From assembly GCA_965248055.1 (NCBI GenBank), contig CBDFIJ010000004.1:128001-192000 (forward strand): 64,000 nt of DNA, given 5' to 3'. Each line of letters begins with the position of its first letter. The stretch's first letter is position 1. The stretch is from Candidatus Multivoradales bacterium (GTDB taxonomy: Bacteria; Acidobacteriota; Thermoanaerobaculia; Multivoradales; JAHEKO01). Both the position numbers and the translations under genes were made by a program. Below, piece after piece: positions 1 through 11,527 of the stretch. Below the pieces are notes generated by a model. That model saw only the letters and a program-made list of their open reading frames with translations, ran no database searches and had not been told where the DNA came from.

Positions 1-395
1 CACCCACCACTCGCTCTCGATCCTCCAGTCAACCGCAGCAGTCAACCCAACGTGCCGGGTCGCCGACCGGCAGCCTTCTGGGCACTTCTCTGGCCGGATC
101 AGGAGCGGCCAGCCTGGACTCACCCGATTTCACCTACTCCTACTACACCGACCAACTGTTGGCGCAGATTGACTCGGTGTGGAATCGCCCGGTGATCGGC
201 GGCGAGATCGAGGCAATCGTAAAATTCGTCATCCGCCAAGACGGTTCTCTAGCGAACGTCAGTCTGGCTCGCTCGTCGGGATACAACAGCTTTGACTTAG
301 CAGCGATGCGCGCAATCCGCGCTGCAGCGCCATTTCCGCCGCTGCCTGCGGCATTTCGCAATTCGACTCTTGGCGTCAATCTCACCGTGCGATAA
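1..395 (+). CDS. tolA: TolA/TonB-family energy transducer, C-terminal part (5' truncated by window edge)
   Basis: Frame 3 is open from the window start. Low-complexity linker, then TonB_C-like domain (F.I..DG.L..V.L.RSSG...FD.AA.RAI...PFPPLP). Directly upstream of tolB. Confidence 0.8.
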   Translation, partial: PTTRSRSSSQPQQSTQRAGSPTGSLLGTSLAGSGAASLDSPDFTYSYYTDQLLAQIDSVWNRPVIGGEIEAIVKFVIRQDGSLANVSLARSSGYNSFDLAAMRAIRAAAPFPPLPAAFRNSTLGVNLTVR

Positions 396-497
396 TTCGC
401 TGGTTCGAGGCTCTTGCTCCAACTGAAACCCCAATCCACCACTCGGAGACTCCAGATGCAAGCGACCCCAAGACCGCTACAACCTCAGACCCTTAGA

Positions 498-1826
498 ATG
501 AGATCCGGGATCGCACCAACCTTGGCGCTGGTAGTCACTCTGAGTGGCTCCCTGGCAGCACCCAGTAACCTCTCTGCCCAGGATCTTGATCAACCGATCG
601 TCGACCTAGTTCTGGATGGGCGAGGGAAATCACCGATCCGTATGGCTTTTCCCACCTCGCAAAGTCCGGGCACGCCTTCTGGGCTCAGCAGCGCTACCAC
701 CACCCTCGACGCCACCATTCGTGGTGACTTGTCGATTTCTGGCGTGGTGGTGCTAGATGGCCCGGAACAACTCTCGGTACTAGAACTGACCGGCAATATC
801 GCTAGCGACCTGGAAAGTTATCGTTCGTTGGGTAACCAAGCGCTGCTGCTGGTCAAGACCACAGCCGAGGGGGACCGGATGGTGGTCGACGCTCGGGTGG
901 TCGACTTCCAAACCAGACAGGATATCTACGCCAAACGCTACCGCGGAGGCTATGACCTAGCCCGGCGCATTGGCCACATCGTCGCCGACGACATCATCTT
1001 GTACTATTCCGGACGGCGAGGACTGGGACAGACGCGAATCGCGTTTTGGTCCGATCGCAATGGCTTCAAAGAAATCTATTTGATGGAATACGACGGCAGT
1101 AGTCAAAAACCGGTTACCGCTCACAAGTCGATTTCCATGTCTCCGGCTTGGAGCCCACAGTCCGACGGTTTGTCCTATGTCTCTTTTGTTGGTGGACTGC
1201 CCAACGTCTATTTCGCCGATCTCGCTTCCGGCCGTAAGCGCGCCCTGCTGGCTAAGGGCGCCCACAACACCTCACCGACGTTCTCGCCAGATGGCAGCAA
1301 GATTGCCTTTGCCAGTTCAACCAATGGCAACTGGGAGGTGTTTACCGCCAATCGAGACGGAGGCAATCTGCGCCAACTGACGCATTCAAAACGCATCGAC
1401 ACCAACCCTTCCTGGAGTCCAAACGGGCGCGAGATTGCCTTTACCTCCAACCGGGGTGGTCAACCGCAGATCTACGTGATGGACGCCGAGGGAGCAAACG
1501 TGCGACGGGTCTCCTTTGGCGGCACTTACGCTGACGGAGCCGCTTGGAGCCCGAACGGCTCGGTGGTGGCCTTTGCCAGTCGACGCGGGGGTTCTTTTGA
1601 CCTGGCAGTCAGCCATCTAGTGACCGGAGAGAGCCGTTTTGTCACCGCGGGAGGAGCCAACGACGAGACCCCGACTTTTTCACCCGACGGACGACGCATT
1701 GCTTTCGCTTCTGACCGCAGTGGACGCGCCCAAGTCTACGTGGTCGATGTCGAAGGCCGTGAGGTCACTCAGTTGACATCCAGCGGCACCAATCGGGCGC
1801 CGGACTGGTCACCGTATCTCCAATAA
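498..1826 (+). CDS. tolB: Tol-Pal system beta-propeller protein TolB
   Basis: Signal peptide from ATG 498 (ORF is open from 414). Repeated P.WSPDG..IAF.S.R.G (PD40) blades. Lies between tolA and pal. Confidence 0.93.
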   Translation: MRSGIAPTLALVVTLSGSLAAPSNLSAQDLDQPIVDLVLDGRGKSPIRMAFPTSQSPGTPSGLSSATTTLDATIRGDLSISGVVVLDGPEQLSVLELTGNIASDLESYRSLGNQALLLVKTTAEGDRMVVDARVVDFQTRQDIYAKRYRGGYDLARRIGHIVADDIILYYSGRRGLGQTRIAFWSDRNGFKEIYLMEYDGSSQKPVTAHKSISMSPAWSPQSDGLSYVSFVGGLPNVYFADLASGRKRALLAKGAHNTSPTFSPDGSKIAFASSTNGNWEVFTANRDGGNLRQLTHSKRIDTNPSWSPNGREIAFTSNRGGQPQIYVMDAEGANVRRVSFGGTYADGAAWSPNGSVVAFASRRGGSFDLAVSHLVTGESRFVTAGGANDETPTFSPDGRRIAFASDRSGRAQVYVVDVEGREVTQLTSSGTNRAPDWSPYLQ

Positions 1827-1982
1827 ATGACAGCGGTTTTTGCCACAAAATCGCCATTGTTTCTCGCTATGAGCTCTGCTAATCTCCACTTGATCGCGGC
1901 TTGTCGCGGCCTAAAGGTGGGTTTGTACAGGCAGGCGGGAAATTAACAAGACCTGGAACTCGACATCGCAAGGAGCATATCG

Positions 1983-2552
1983 ATGCAACGCAAGACTTGG
2001 CTCACTCTTCTTCTCGTCGCCGTAATGGTTGGTGGCGTTTCCAGTGCATGTAAGAAAGATAAACCGGTAGCGCCGCAGGCAGTAGAGCCCGCCGAGGCGC
2101 CGGATGATAGCGCCACCGATGTTGAGCCTGAGCCCGATCTCGAGATAGTGGACGATACCCCCGATCCGCTCGATGGAGACCTCCTAGACGCTCAGGTGTA
2201 CGCTGAGTCGATGGGATTTTTGGGCGATGTCTACTTCGACCTGGATCGTTCCGACTTGTCTTCCGCATCACGCGACCGTCTGGCGCAGAACGCCGAGTTC
2301 ATTGCCAGCCGTCCTGAGTTCACCTTCACCATTGAAGGGCACTGTGACGAGCGTGGCACCAACGAGTACAACCTCGCCTTGGGTGATCGCCGTGCTAACA
2401 CTGCTTTGAGTTACTTGGTTTCGCTGGGTGTCGATGCCAGTCGCATCACCACCATCAGCTACGGCGAAGAGAACCCGACCTGCGATACTTCTGGGGAAAG
2501 CTGCTGGAGCCAAAATCGCCGCGCTCACTTCGCGATTACTGGCCGCCGCTAG
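1983..2552 (+). CDS. pal: Peptidoglycan-associated lipoprotein Pal
   Basis: Lipobox (SSAC), OmpA-like domain IEGHCDERGTNEYNLALGDRRA...SYGEE...NRR, and AAGGAG RBS. Confidence 0.96.
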   Translation: MQRKTWLTLLLVAVMVGGVSSACKKDKPVAPQAVEPAEAPDDSATDVEPEPDLEIVDDTPDPLDGDLLDAQVYAESMGFLGDVYFDLDRSDLSSASRDRLAQNAEFIASRPEFTFTIEGHCDERGTNEYNLALGDRRANTALSYLVSLGVDASRITTISYGEENPTCDTSGESCWSQNRRAHFAITGRR

Positions 2553-2590
2553 ACGATACAGGTAAGTCGCACTAATCACTGGCTTTGTCG

Positions 2591-3358
2591 ATGCGTCCTT
2601 GGATCCACTCCCCTATTGTTCTCCTAGTTTTCGCTGGGTTGGCTGGCGGCTGCGTCACAACCAGCGATATTGAAGATATCCAAAGCCAACTGCGGCGTAT
2701 CGAGAACGAACTGGGAGTGGTCCGCACCGAAGGTTCCAGCAAAGACGAGGTCGCACGGCTGCAGCAAGAGATGTCCGACCGGATGAAGGAATTGCTCCGC
2801 GTCGAGGCTGACATGCAGGTCGAGTTGTCTCAGCTCTCCGGTCAGATCGACCAATTGCAGGCCAACCTGGAAGACACCAATTACCGTCTCGATCAGCTTT
2901 CCAAGCAAATTGGCGGGGTCACGACGGCAATTGCGACCGCGACCTCGAACAACAGCAGCCGCAACTCTGGAAGCGCTCCAGTTTCAGATCCGCGCGCTAT
3001 GTATGACGTGGCCTACAACGATTACCTGCGTGGCAACTACGACCTAGCGATTGGTGGTTTTGAACAATATCTGGCGAATTTTCCAGATACCGACTTAGCG
3101 GATAACGCTGCCTATTGGATCGGCGAAAGCTATTTCAGCCAAGGCGAGTACAACGACGCGGTGCAAGAATTCCAACGCATCCTGAGCGACTTTCCGCGCA
3201 GTGACAAGCGCGCGTCAGCGATGCTCAAGGCAGGATATGCCTACCTGGAATTGGGAGATCGTCGACGTGGGGTTGCTCAACTGCAGCAAGTTTTGCGTGA
3301 TCATCCCGGTACCGACGAGGCTGACTTAGCGCGTCAGCGGTTGGCGGAGGTTGGTTAG
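2591..3358 (+). CDS. cpoB: Tol-Pal protein CpoB/YbgF
   Basis: Lipoprotein signal, coiled coil, then TPR domain (ADNAAYWIGESY...AMLKAG). Follows pal. Confidence 0.93.
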   Translation: MRPWIHSPIVLLVFAGLAGGCVTTSDIEDIQSQLRRIENELGVVRTEGSSKDEVARLQQEMSDRMKELLRVEADMQVELSQLSGQIDQLQANLEDTNYRLDQLSKQIGGVTTAIATATSNNSSRNSGSAPVSDPRAMYDVAYNDYLRGNYDLAIGGFEQYLANFPDTDLADNAAYWIGESYFSQGEYNDAVQEFQRILSDFPRSDKRASAMLKAGYAYLELGDRRRGVAQLQQVLRDHPGTDEADLARQRLAEVG

Positions 3359-3385
3359 ACGACAAACCAGCCAGCGCCGATCTGG

Positions 3386-3415
3386 TTGACGTGGTCTAAA
3401 GGGCTGCTTTAACAT
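3386..3415 (+). promoter_or_regulatory. Putative sigma70 promoter for rpsT
   Basis: TTGACG-N18-TAACAT upstream of rpsT. The leader has two hairpins (3425-3452 and 3500-3522). Confidence 0.4.
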
Positions 3416-3538
3416 TCCGATTCGGCGTTACACCGGTTCACCGGCGTAACGCTTCTTAACGAGAAGAACCAAGAAAACCAACAAGCAAAATTCCCGAGCG
3501 GTATCTCCGCGTCGGAGATACCTTCAGAGAACTTCACC

Positions 3539-3811
3539 ATGGCCAACAACCCCAGTGCAATCAAACGTATCCGCCAAAACGAGACCAACCGGGCTCGCAA
3601 TCGGACCCATAAAACGCATCTGCGCACTGCGATCAAAGAGGTCCGTACTGCGGTTGCGGCTGCAGATTTGGACGCTGCCGAGAAGAGTTTGGCAACCACG
3701 CTGCCGTTGGTGGACTCTTCGGTCGGCAAAGGCGTCATCCATCGCAATGCTGCCGCCCGGACCAAATCGCGATTGACGCGTGCTGTAGCTCAATTGCGAG
3801 CCAGCGCCTAG
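3539..3811 (+). CDS. rpsT: 30S ribosomal protein S20
   Basis: MAN..SAIKRIRQ...R.RN...K.....KGVIH.N.AAR.KSRL signature. Confidence 0.98.
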   Translation: MANNPSAIKRIRQNETNRARNRTHKTHLRTAIKEVRTAVAAADLDAAEKSLATTLPLVDSSVGKGVIHRNAAARTKSRLTRAVAQLRASA

Positions 3812-4183
3812 TTCGCCCAGCTCCAATCGGTTCCATTTCTAGTCATATATGGTTTCTTGGTCGCGTTTGGGCGGCCTGATCACACCTTTCCAAGTACCCC
3901 AGGGCCTCTTTCGAGGGCATAGTTCTCTCGGAGGCTGGATCTCGCGTCCCAGCCTTTGCCCAACGCTACTAAGCCTGGAACGCTAGGATGCCAGAGCACA
4001 GAGCGTCCTGGCGGGGAACTCGTTATAGTCTGAGACAGGGAACTGTTGCACGCACCGCGCCCTAACCGGCCGATGTAGACGGTGGGAACGGGTTGCTCTA
4101 TCAGGGATATGAGTCTAGAGGCAGAAGCCGCATGCGGCCCTTGCTCACCGAGCACGCCGCGCCAACAACAATTCGCTTACAGA

Positions 4184-4762
4184 CTAGAAGCCCTCAAGCA
4201 AGTCGCTGATCAAACTTCGGGCGAACTTGCTGGAAATGTCTTCAATCGCAGTGACCTCACGCTCAAAGATTCCGGTATCCCCTTCGAGGTCCAGCTCATA
4301 GTTTTCACGGAAGTCATACTCGGGATTGGCCCACAGAATGGTTTCTTCCTCGTCGGTGCGGCGCAGCAGTATGAAGGCTCGCACCGAAATTTCGTACTCT
4401 GTAGCGAAGCCAGCGCCACCAAAGGTAATCGGCGTTAACCGTACACTGAGGATCTCGCCTTCCAGCACCGCGTCGGAGTCCGCTTCGTTACTCGCCAACT
4501 CGAAGCGCTGCCTCAGCACCATCTCCTCGGCGATCGCGGTACCCAAGATTTGTTCCACCAGAGCCTTGTTGGAGCGGCTGGTGAGCGGTTCGATATAGAC
4601 CGATTGAATATCTTCGGGCAAGTTACTTCCGCGCCCCACCAGGGCGTAGCCACAGCCGCTGAGACCGGTCAGCAGCAGGAGCACCGCCATCCACCCCTGG
4701 CAGAACTTGGTTTCTGTGCTGCTGGCAATGCGACTTCTGAAGGTCAATATTTTCTCAGTCAT
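4184..4762 (-). CDS. lptE: LPS assembly lipoprotein LptE
   Basis: Lipobox LSGCGY, LPE.I..VYI motif, conserved position after leuS. Confidence 0.88.
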   Translation of the reverse strand: MTEKILTFRSRIASSTETKFCQGWMAVLLLLTGLSGCGYALVGRGSNLPEDIQSVYIEPLTSRSNKALVEQILGTAIAEEMVLRQRFELASNEADSDAVLEGEILSVRLTPITFGGAGFATEYEISVRAFILLRRTDEEETILWANPEYDFRENYELDLEGDTGIFEREVTAIEDISSKFARSLISDLLEGF

Positions 4763-4833
4763 AGTTCCTCGTTCCGAAGAGTATCCCTTATTACCAAGAG
4801 CCATCGACTTGGATGTTCTCGCTTTGTCGAGCT

Positions 4834-7326
4834 TCAGCGAACGACAAAATTCACCAAACGCCCAGGCACGTGAATTACTTTGAGGATTTCCCCTGACGCT
4901 AGATGGCCTGCGGTGTTTCTCAAGTCCTTCGCTAGTTCTTCAATCGCCGCTTGATCGATTCCCGCGGAGACGGTCAAGCGATCCCGAAGTTTACCGTTCA
5001 CTTGCACCACCAAGGTTACCGTCTCGTCATCGAGCAAAGCTTCATCCCAGGTCGGCCATTCAGATTGCAACAAGCTGTCACTGTGGCCGCACGCCTGCCA
5101 CATTTCCTCGGTGATATGGGGAGCAGCGGGGTGCAACAATTGGATCAAGGTCTCAAGAGCCCGTTGGGTTGTGGTACGCGACACCCGACCCTGCTCCAAA
5201 GCTTTGGAAACCGTGTTCAAGAATTCCATCAGCCCGGCGATCGCAGTGTTGAACTTAAATCGTTCCAAGTCCTCACTGATTTTCTTAATCGTACGGTGTC
5301 GTGCCCTTTCAATCGCACGGTCCTCTGAACCCTCGACCTCAAGTGCCGATTCAATACGTTCCGGTAGCCGCCACACCCGGCGCAGAAAGCGATAAGCGCC
5401 CTGAACGGCATCGTTATTCCACTCCACCTCATCCTCCGGGGGACCGATGAACAACGTGTAGACCCTCTCGGTGTCCGCCCCCATCCGCTCAATCAGTTCA
5501 TCCGGGGACACCGTGTTACCCCGCGACTTGGACATCTTTTCGATCCGCCCGGTTGCCTCTGCGTAACGTGTGATCATCCCCTGGTTGAACAGCCGGGTGA
5601 ACGGCTCCTCAAAATCAACCATCTCAAAATCATGCAGTACCCGGCAGATGAACCGGGCGTAGAGCAGATGCAAAATTGCATGTTCAATGCCACCGATGTA
5701 CTGATCCACCGGCCCCCAAGATCGGGCTCGCTCTTTGGAGAACATCACTTGGCCGTCGTCGCTCGACAGGTAGCGCAGGTAGTACCAAGAGCTGTCGACA
5801 AAGGTATCCATGGTGTCGGTTTCGCGCCGTCCAGGCGCGCCACAGGTCGGGCATGCAACTTCGACGAAGCCACGATGCTTGTCCAAGGGATTGCCGGTCG
5901 CACCCTTCATCTCAATATCGTAAGGAAGCTCCACCGGAAGCTGCTCTTCGGCTACCGGGACCGCGCCACAGTGGTCGCAGTAGATGATCGGGATTGGGGT
6001 TCCCCAGTAGCGCTGGCGCGAGATCAACCAATCGCGCAGCCGGTAGTTGACTTCCCCACTGCCCCAGCCGTGTTGCTCACTCCAGACGATGAAACGAGCA
6101 ATGGTCTCCGGTCCGTTGACCGCACCCTCAAACTCAGGGATGCCTCGGATTACACCAACACCAACCGTCGGCTCGGTCATCACTTCGGGTTGTTCGTCCA
6201 GATGGTAGACGGGAATCACTTCCAAGCCTTCTTGGCGGGCAAACTCGAAGTCGCGACCATCGTGCGCCGGTACCGCCATGATCGCGCCGGTGCCGTAGTC
6301 CGGTAGCACGTAATTGGCGATCCAAATCGGAATCTCGGCTCCGGTGGCTGGATTGATTGCCTTGCGCCCGCTGTCCCAACCTTCCTTCTTGAGCCCAGCG
6401 TCCTGGCGTTCGATCTTGGAACTGTCGCGCACCTTGTTGACCCAAGACCGGATCTCCTCGGCCTCAGGGTGCTCGGCAATCAGATCTTCTACCCACGCGT
6501 GCTCCGGAGCCAGCACCATAAAGGTTGCTCCATGGACGGTATCGGGTCGGGTGGTGAACACCTCCAGCACCCGCTTGTCTGCTTTACCGGCGAGGGCAAA
6601 ACGCAACCGAGCGCCCTCAGAACGGCCAATCCAGTTGCGTTGCATAGTCTTGACCCGCTCAGGCCAGCCATCCAGACCGTCCAACCCATCAAGCAATCGC
6701 TCAGCATAGTCGGTAATGCGATAGAACCACTGCTCTAGGTCTCGCTGGCGCACAGTGGCCCCACAGCGTTCACAGGCTCCGTCCACCACTTGTTCGTTGG
6801 CCAGCACAGTCTGACAAGAAGGACACCAATTGACCGGAGCCTTCTTCTTATAGGCCAGGCCTTCCTGGTACATCTTGAGAAACAACCATTGATTCCAACG
6901 ATAGTAATCGGGATCGCAAGATGCCAATTCCTTTGACCAGTCGTAGAGAATCCCCCACTTGGCAAACTGCTCCTTCATCACCCGGATATTTTCTTGGGTC
7001 CAATCTCGAGGGTGGATTCCACGCTGAATCGCAGCATTCTCCGCTGGCAGGCCGAAAGCGTCCCAGCCCATCGGGTTGAGCGCCCGTTTTCCGTGCATCC
7101 GCAGCGAACGATAGAGAGCATCACCCAAGATGTAGTTGCGCCCGTGTCCAACATGTAGACGATCGCCGGAGGGATAAGGGAACATCATCAGCATGTAGTA
7201 GTTGGCGTCTGGATCCCGACCGTCCAGGTTGGCGTCTAAGGCAACCTGGGCACTACGCTCCCGGCGCCACCGCTCCTGCCACTTGGCCTCGATCTCTTGA
7301 TGGTTGTACTCGCGCGACTTACTCAT
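4834..7326 (-). CDS. leuS: Leucine--tRNA ligase
   Basis: [45 protein letters not shown]. Start set at MSKS (7326). Confidence 0.98.
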   Translation of the reverse strand: MSKSREYNHQEIEAKWQERWRRERSAQVALDANLDGRDPDANYYMLMMFPYPSGDRLHVGHGRNYILGDALYRSLRMHGKRALNPMGWDAFGLPAENAAIQRGIHPRDWTQENIRVMKEQFAKWGILYDWSKELASCDPDYYRWNQWLFLKMYQEGLAYKKKAPVNWCPSCQTVLANEQVVDGACERCGATVRQRDLEQWFYRITDYAERLLDGLDGLDGWPERVKTMQRNWIGRSEGARLRFALAGKADKRVLEVFTTRPDTVHGATFMVLAPEHAWVEDLIAEHPEAEEIRSWVNKVRDSSKIERQDAGLKKEGWDSGRKAINPATGAEIPIWIANYVLPDYGTGAIMAVPAHDGRDFEFARQEGLEVIPVYHLDEQPEVMTEPTVGVGVIRGIPEFEGAVNGPETIARFIVWSEQHGWGSGEVNYRLRDWLISRQRYWGTPIPIIYCDHCGAVPVAEEQLPVELPYDIEMKGATGNPLDKHRGFVEVACPTCGAPGRRETDTMDTFVDSSWYYLRYLSSDDGQVMFSKERARSWGPVDQYIGGIEHAILHLLYARFICRVLHDFEMVDFEEPFTRLFNQGMITRYAEATGRIEKMSKSRGNTVSPDELIERMGADTERVYTLFIGPPEDEVEWNNDAVQGAYRFLRRVWRLPERIESALEVEGSEDRAIERARHRTIKKISEDLERFKFNTAIAGLMEFLNTVSKALEQGRVSRTTTQRALETLIQLLHPAAPHITEEMWQACGHSDSLLQSEWPTWDEALLDDETVTLVVQVNGKLRDRLTVSAGIDQAAIEELAKDLRNTAGHLASGEILKVIHVPGRLVNFVVR

Positions 7327-7345
7327 TGGGTGCGGTCCTGGATCT

Positions 7346-7777
7346 TCACTGCATCCGTCCTGGAAATTTATGTTGCTTGAGCATGCCGTCCAGTATCCCG
7401 TTAACAAAGGCCCCGGACTTTTCGCTCCCCAAGCGTTTGGCTAACTCGATCGCTTCGTCAACCACCACCAGCTTAGGAACATCTTCCTCAAACAGGAACT
7501 CCCCCACCGCCAAGCGCAATATGTTGCGGTCTACCGGGGCCATTCGTTCCAGTCGCCAGTGATCGGCCTGGCCTTGAATCAGTTCGTCTATTTGGGGCAG
7601 ATTGTCTAGGGTCGCTTGGGCCAACTCCACCGCGTAGGCCAGAACTTGCTCAGCGCCCGCAACTTGCAGTTGAGCCTGAGGAAAGTCGCCAACGATCTCG
7701 GCCAACGTGCTCTCCCCCAAATCTGCCTGATACAGCATTTGGGCAGCCAGCTCACGTCCTTGTCGTCGACCACTCAT
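7346..7777 (-). CDS. nusB: Transcription antitermination factor NusB
   Basis: [32 protein letters not shown]. Confidence 0.97.
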   Translation of the reverse strand: MSGRRQGRELAAQMLYQADLGESTLAEIVGDFPQAQLQVAGAEQVLAYAVELAQATLDNLPQIDELIQGQADHWRLERMAPVDRNILRLAVGEFLFEEDVPKLVVVDEAIELAKRLGSEKSGAFVNGILDGMLKQHKFPGRMQ

Positions 7778-7875
7778 TCCAAAGAACCCTTTTTCTTAAT
7801 CTACAGGCAACGCGGCAGCACGAATGCGGCTGCGGAAGAAAATTCAGCTTATCAAGCAACGCAGACCAGATCAGC

Positions 7876-9003
7876 CTACTCGGGCAAACTCCGGCTTCGA
7901 TAGCGCCGAAAACTCACCAGTCGTCCTTCGGCCTCATCCCAAAGATGCAACTTAGCGCAATGGATGCTGTCGCGCAGGGATAACCGGGTGACTTTGTTCA
8001 GCTCAGGCACCTTGCGAAAGCACTCTCTCAAACGGTAGTTGGGGATTGAGCTCGCCAAGTGATGTACATGGTGGAACCCAATATTGCCGGTAAACCAGTG
8101 CAGCGCGACCGGCAGATCGTAGAGCGAACTACCTTCGATTCCCGCGCGGTGAAAATCCCACTCTTGGTGTTCCCGCCAATAGGTGTCTTCAAATTGGTGT
8201 TGAACGTAAAACAGCCAAACACCCAACGCCCCACTGATCAAGATGATCGGTGCCTGCACCAAGACAAACTGTTGCAAGCCAATCAACTTCCAAGCAGCTA
8301 ATACCCAGCCAGCTATAAACAGATTGGTCCACATCACACTCGCCCATTCCCGTTTCCAAGTCCGAGGGATATCCAGAGGCAGGCGCTGTTTCAGAACGAA
8401 TTGGTACAAAGGACCGAACCCGAGCAAAACCACCGGATGGCGATAGAGACGGTACTTCAACTTGCCCCACCACGACCGCCAGCGATACTCCTTCACAGTC
8501 AGCGTCTCGACGTCGCCAATACCTCTGCGATCTAGGTCTCCCGAGGTACCGTGATGAATCGCATGGGTGCGCTGCCAATAAGCAAACGGAGTCAACGTCA
8601 CCACCCCGATCAAAAAGCCAACCAACTGATTCAGTCTGCGGCCCTTGAAGAAAGAACCGTGGCCGCAGTCGTGTAGAAAAATAAACAAGCGAATCTGCAA
8701 CCCGACCGCGGGAATCGCCAAGAGCAAAGTCAGCCCATAGGAGAGTTGCAAACTCTTGAACATCAGCAGCCAGTTGAGCGCCAGCAACCCGGCAGTGCTT
8801 GAGAGCTGGAACCACGCCTTGCGGTCCACCGCATTCATATAGGGACCGAGCAGACCGTTCCAGTATTTCTGCGCTGAGGTTGGTGGATTAGGGCTTGGTT
8901 GACTAGTGCTTGGTTGGCTGGAGCTTAGCTGGTTAGGGCCGATTGGATTGGGTGCAACGTTCAATTGAGGTGCCTCCATGGATGACAGAACGGACCATAA
9001 CAC
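7876..9003 (-). CDS. Membrane fatty acid desaturase (Des-like)
   Basis: Three His boxes (HDCGH, HAIHH, HHVHH), TM segments, FYVQHQFE motif. Start may be ATG 8979. Confidence 0.92.
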   Translation of the reverse strand: MLWSVLSSMEAPQLNVAPNPIGPNQLSSSQPSTSQPSPNPPTSAQKYWNGLLGPYMNAVDRKAWFQLSSTAGLLALNWLLMFKSLQLSYGLTLLLAIPAVGLQIRLFIFLHDCGHGSFFKGRRLNQLVGFLIGVVTLTPFAYWQRTHAIHHGTSGDLDRRGIGDVETLTVKEYRWRSWWGKLKYRLYRHPVVLLGFGPLYQFVLKQRLPLDIPRTWKREWASVMWTNLFIAGWVLAAWKLIGLQQFVLVQAPIILISGALGVWLFYVQHQFEDTYWREHQEWDFHRAGIEGSSLYDLPVALHWFTGNIGFHHVHHLASSIPNYRLRECFRKVPELNKVTRLSLRDSIHCAKLHLWDEAEGRLVSFRRYRSRSLPE

Positions 9004-9913
9004 TGGAGGCGGTATTCATGGCGACTCCATCCGTCGTTGCGCAACGGCCGCAGAGGTGAAAACGGCTGGAAATCGTGACCCCGTTGTGACCTAGCTTCTC
9101 TCGTCGCAAGTCTGAGAGCCTGACGTGAATCGAATCGGGCTGGCCCAAGCACGTCTCTTTGATGGTTCCCCCATTAATGCCAGCCGAACTGGAGCGGTTG
9201 CTCGGTCCGATTACTGAGCGAGCCTTGCCGCTCTCCCACCTCGAACCAATGGCTGCAGCGGCTGCACGCCAGTTTGAGAAAGCAACCCAACGCGCGAAGG
9301 AAGCGGCTGCCCAACTTGAGGGACGGATTGCCTCTGTCACGGCGCGGCCGGCGTCGTAGCCTTCGGGCAACCCGTCATCTTGATTTATGAAGACTGATGA
9401 TACTCGCTGTCCAACTTGTCGCCGATTGCTTGGCCGTAGACGGTCAGATGGAGCGGTTGAGGTTAGGAGCTGACGTTCTTCAACCATATTTCGAGAGGGT
9501 GAGCAGCGTTGCATTCGGTGTGGTTTATCCGTCACAACCAAGAGCATCGGGAAAGGTCGAGATCGTCGTTTAGGCGTCCATTCTGGGCGTTGTTTGTCGC
9601 CTTAGTGCTCTGGTTCTCCAATGCTCAAATCGAGCCCTTCAAGTTCAATCTCAGGCTGATCACCGGCTAGTAGGTTGAGAGCTTCACCACGGGTTTTGCC
9701 GATGACCGTATCGCCACCCTCGATCCTTTGAGCGTTCCATAGGTTTGGTATAGGCGTCCCACTGTAACCAACAGTAGCCACCGCCGTGTACGGGCCAACG
9801 TTGGCGGATGCCTAGGTCGTCGATCCAGGGTTCAAGCATTCGTGTTGGAGTGTCCTCTCAAAGTAGCCAAGAAGCTCTCTGCAGATTGTCGAAACTTCAC
9901 TCATGCAGGGCTC

Positions 9914-10468
9914 TTATTCGTCCTCGTCGTTAGCTTTATGAACGACCGACCCACTACGGCGCGCATCTACAATCGAGAGTAGGTAAGAAGCTAGGACTAG
10001 CATTTCGGAAGCCTCCTGAGGTTCAAGTTCTACGTGCCTGTGGGAATTGGGGTTCTTGTAGGAGCCGATGGCCCCTGAAAAGAGGCGACGTAGCGCCAAC
10101 TGTTCCGCTTCAAGAGCTTGTGTGTCTGCCAGAGGCCCCACATGTGGTTTGAATGCTTCATCGACGAGTGGTACGCCCACTAACCTAGAGGGAAGGTCCG
10201 CAGCTTCTCGCACAGCTACCTCTAGCTCATGGCAAGCCTTGAAGACAGCGCCACTGAAGTCACTTCGAATGAAGTCTGGCCAGCTCCGTTTCTGGATCTT
10301 CGGGTGCAAGAGTTCTTTGGGCAACAGGGTACTAACCAAAAATTCTCGTTGGGCAGCTTCGGACCCCGCAACTACATGGCCGCGACAGGAGACTCTGTAC
10401 TTCAGGTAAGAGTCTTCGAGGCTGCGAACCACAAGCCGATGCGCTACCAGCCATGCCCACGCTTCGGA
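9914..10468 (-). pseudogene. TIGR02391/Ymh-like protein, C-terminal part, split by IS3 element
   Basis: EAWAWL, LLHP.I, AVFKA..ELEVAVR, LF.GAIG.YKNP.SHR motifs. Joins in frame with 12064-12296. Confidence 0.85.
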
Positions 10469-10513
10469 CGCTCCGGAACCTGTCAACAACTTTGAGACAG
10501 TTGGCAGAATTAA

Positions 10514-11527
10514 TTAGTGAATCGGGACAACCTCCTTGGTGCGCTGATGTTTGGGTGGGTTGATCCAGACGGCCCTCGGTAATAGCTGAACGGTCGGTCT
10601 TCCACGGACAAATCGCTGTGGGTTGTTTCGCCAAGCTTGGTCAAGGGCCTGCTGACGGAGTTTGAGCTTGTGGTCGGCCTTGCCGTAGTGGACATCTTCG
10701 GGTGTCAGCATGGCGATGCCGGCGTGACGGTGCTGGGTGTTGTACCAGATAAAGAACGACCTGCAGAAGGCGATAGCGTCCTCGATCGAGCCAAACCGAT
10801 CGGGAAAGCTCGGGTGATACTTGAGGGTCTTGAATTGGGCTTCGGAGAAGGGATTATCGTTGGAGATGCGAGGCCGCGAGAACGACTGAGAGATACCAAG
10901 CCTTACGAGGAGTCGTCCGGTGTCCTTGGCGGTCATCGGCGAGCCCCGATCACTGTGTAGGGTTAGCTGATTCTTGGGAATGCCTTGCTTGGTTGAGGTC
11001 TCCTCGAGAAGCCTTTGGGCTAAGGCCTCGCGTTCGTGCTCGGCGAGCATCCAGCCGACCACATAGCGGCTGAAGATATCGAGGACAACGTAGAGATAGA
11101 ACCACCATCCCGGCTGAGGCCCTCTCAGCCGGGTGATATCCCAGCTCCAGACTTGGTTTGCCGCTGTGGCGAGTAGCTCTGGCTTGGTATAGACCGGATG
11201 GCGGCGTTGGCGCCGTCTCTCCTGCAGCGTCTTCTCAGCTGCCAGGAGTCGGTACATGGTGCGCTCCGAGCACAGATAGCGTTCTTCGTCGAGAAGGGTG
11301 GCCACCACGGCCGCCGGTGCAGCGTCGACAAAGCGCGGCCCGTTGAGTAGGTCAAGGACCTGTTGTTTTTCGCTGACTGTCAGTGCCCGAGCTGGAGTCG
11401 GTCGAGGCTGCTGAGGCTCGGTTGATCTCGGCCGAAGCCGACGATAGAACGTTGCACGACTGACGCTCAGGCTCCGGCAGGCCGGTGCGATACCGACCCA
11501 CGGAGCCAGCGTCCTGGCCGCTTTCAC
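10514..11527 (-). CDS. IS3-family transposase OrfB (rve/DDE)
   Basis: WSWDIT, LDIFSRYVVGW, HSDRGS, DNPFSEAQFKTLK, WYN..HRH. Confidence 0.95.
   Translation of the reverse strand: MKAARTLAPWVGIAPACRSLSVSRATFYRRLRPRSTEPQQPRPTPARALTVSEKQQVLDLLNGPRFVDAAPAAVVATLLDEERYLCSERTMYRLLAAEKTLQERRRQRRHPVYTKPELLATAANQVWSWDITRLRGPQPGWWFYLYVVLDIFSRYVVGWMLAEHEREALAQRLLEETSTKQGIPKNQLTLHSDRGSPMTAKDTGRLLVRLGISQSFSRPRISNDNPFSEAQFKTLKYHPSFPDRFGSIEDAIAFCRSFFIWYNTQHRHAGIAMLTPEDVHYGKADHKLKLRQQALDQAWRNNPQRFVRGRPTVQLLPRAVWINPPKHQRTKEVVPIH

Noticed and set aside
4834-7777. Genome-wide UGA reassignment (code 4/25) as an explanation for the gap TGA
   Set aside because: leuS, nusB, dnaE and valS end at TGA at their expected C-termini, and no other conserved gene here has an internal TGA.
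9004-9913. Short ORFs and fragments (9159-9359 plus, 8933-9547 minus, open stretch about 9602-9810 minus)
   Set aside because: No recognisable family or convincing start. Probably decayed island DNA.
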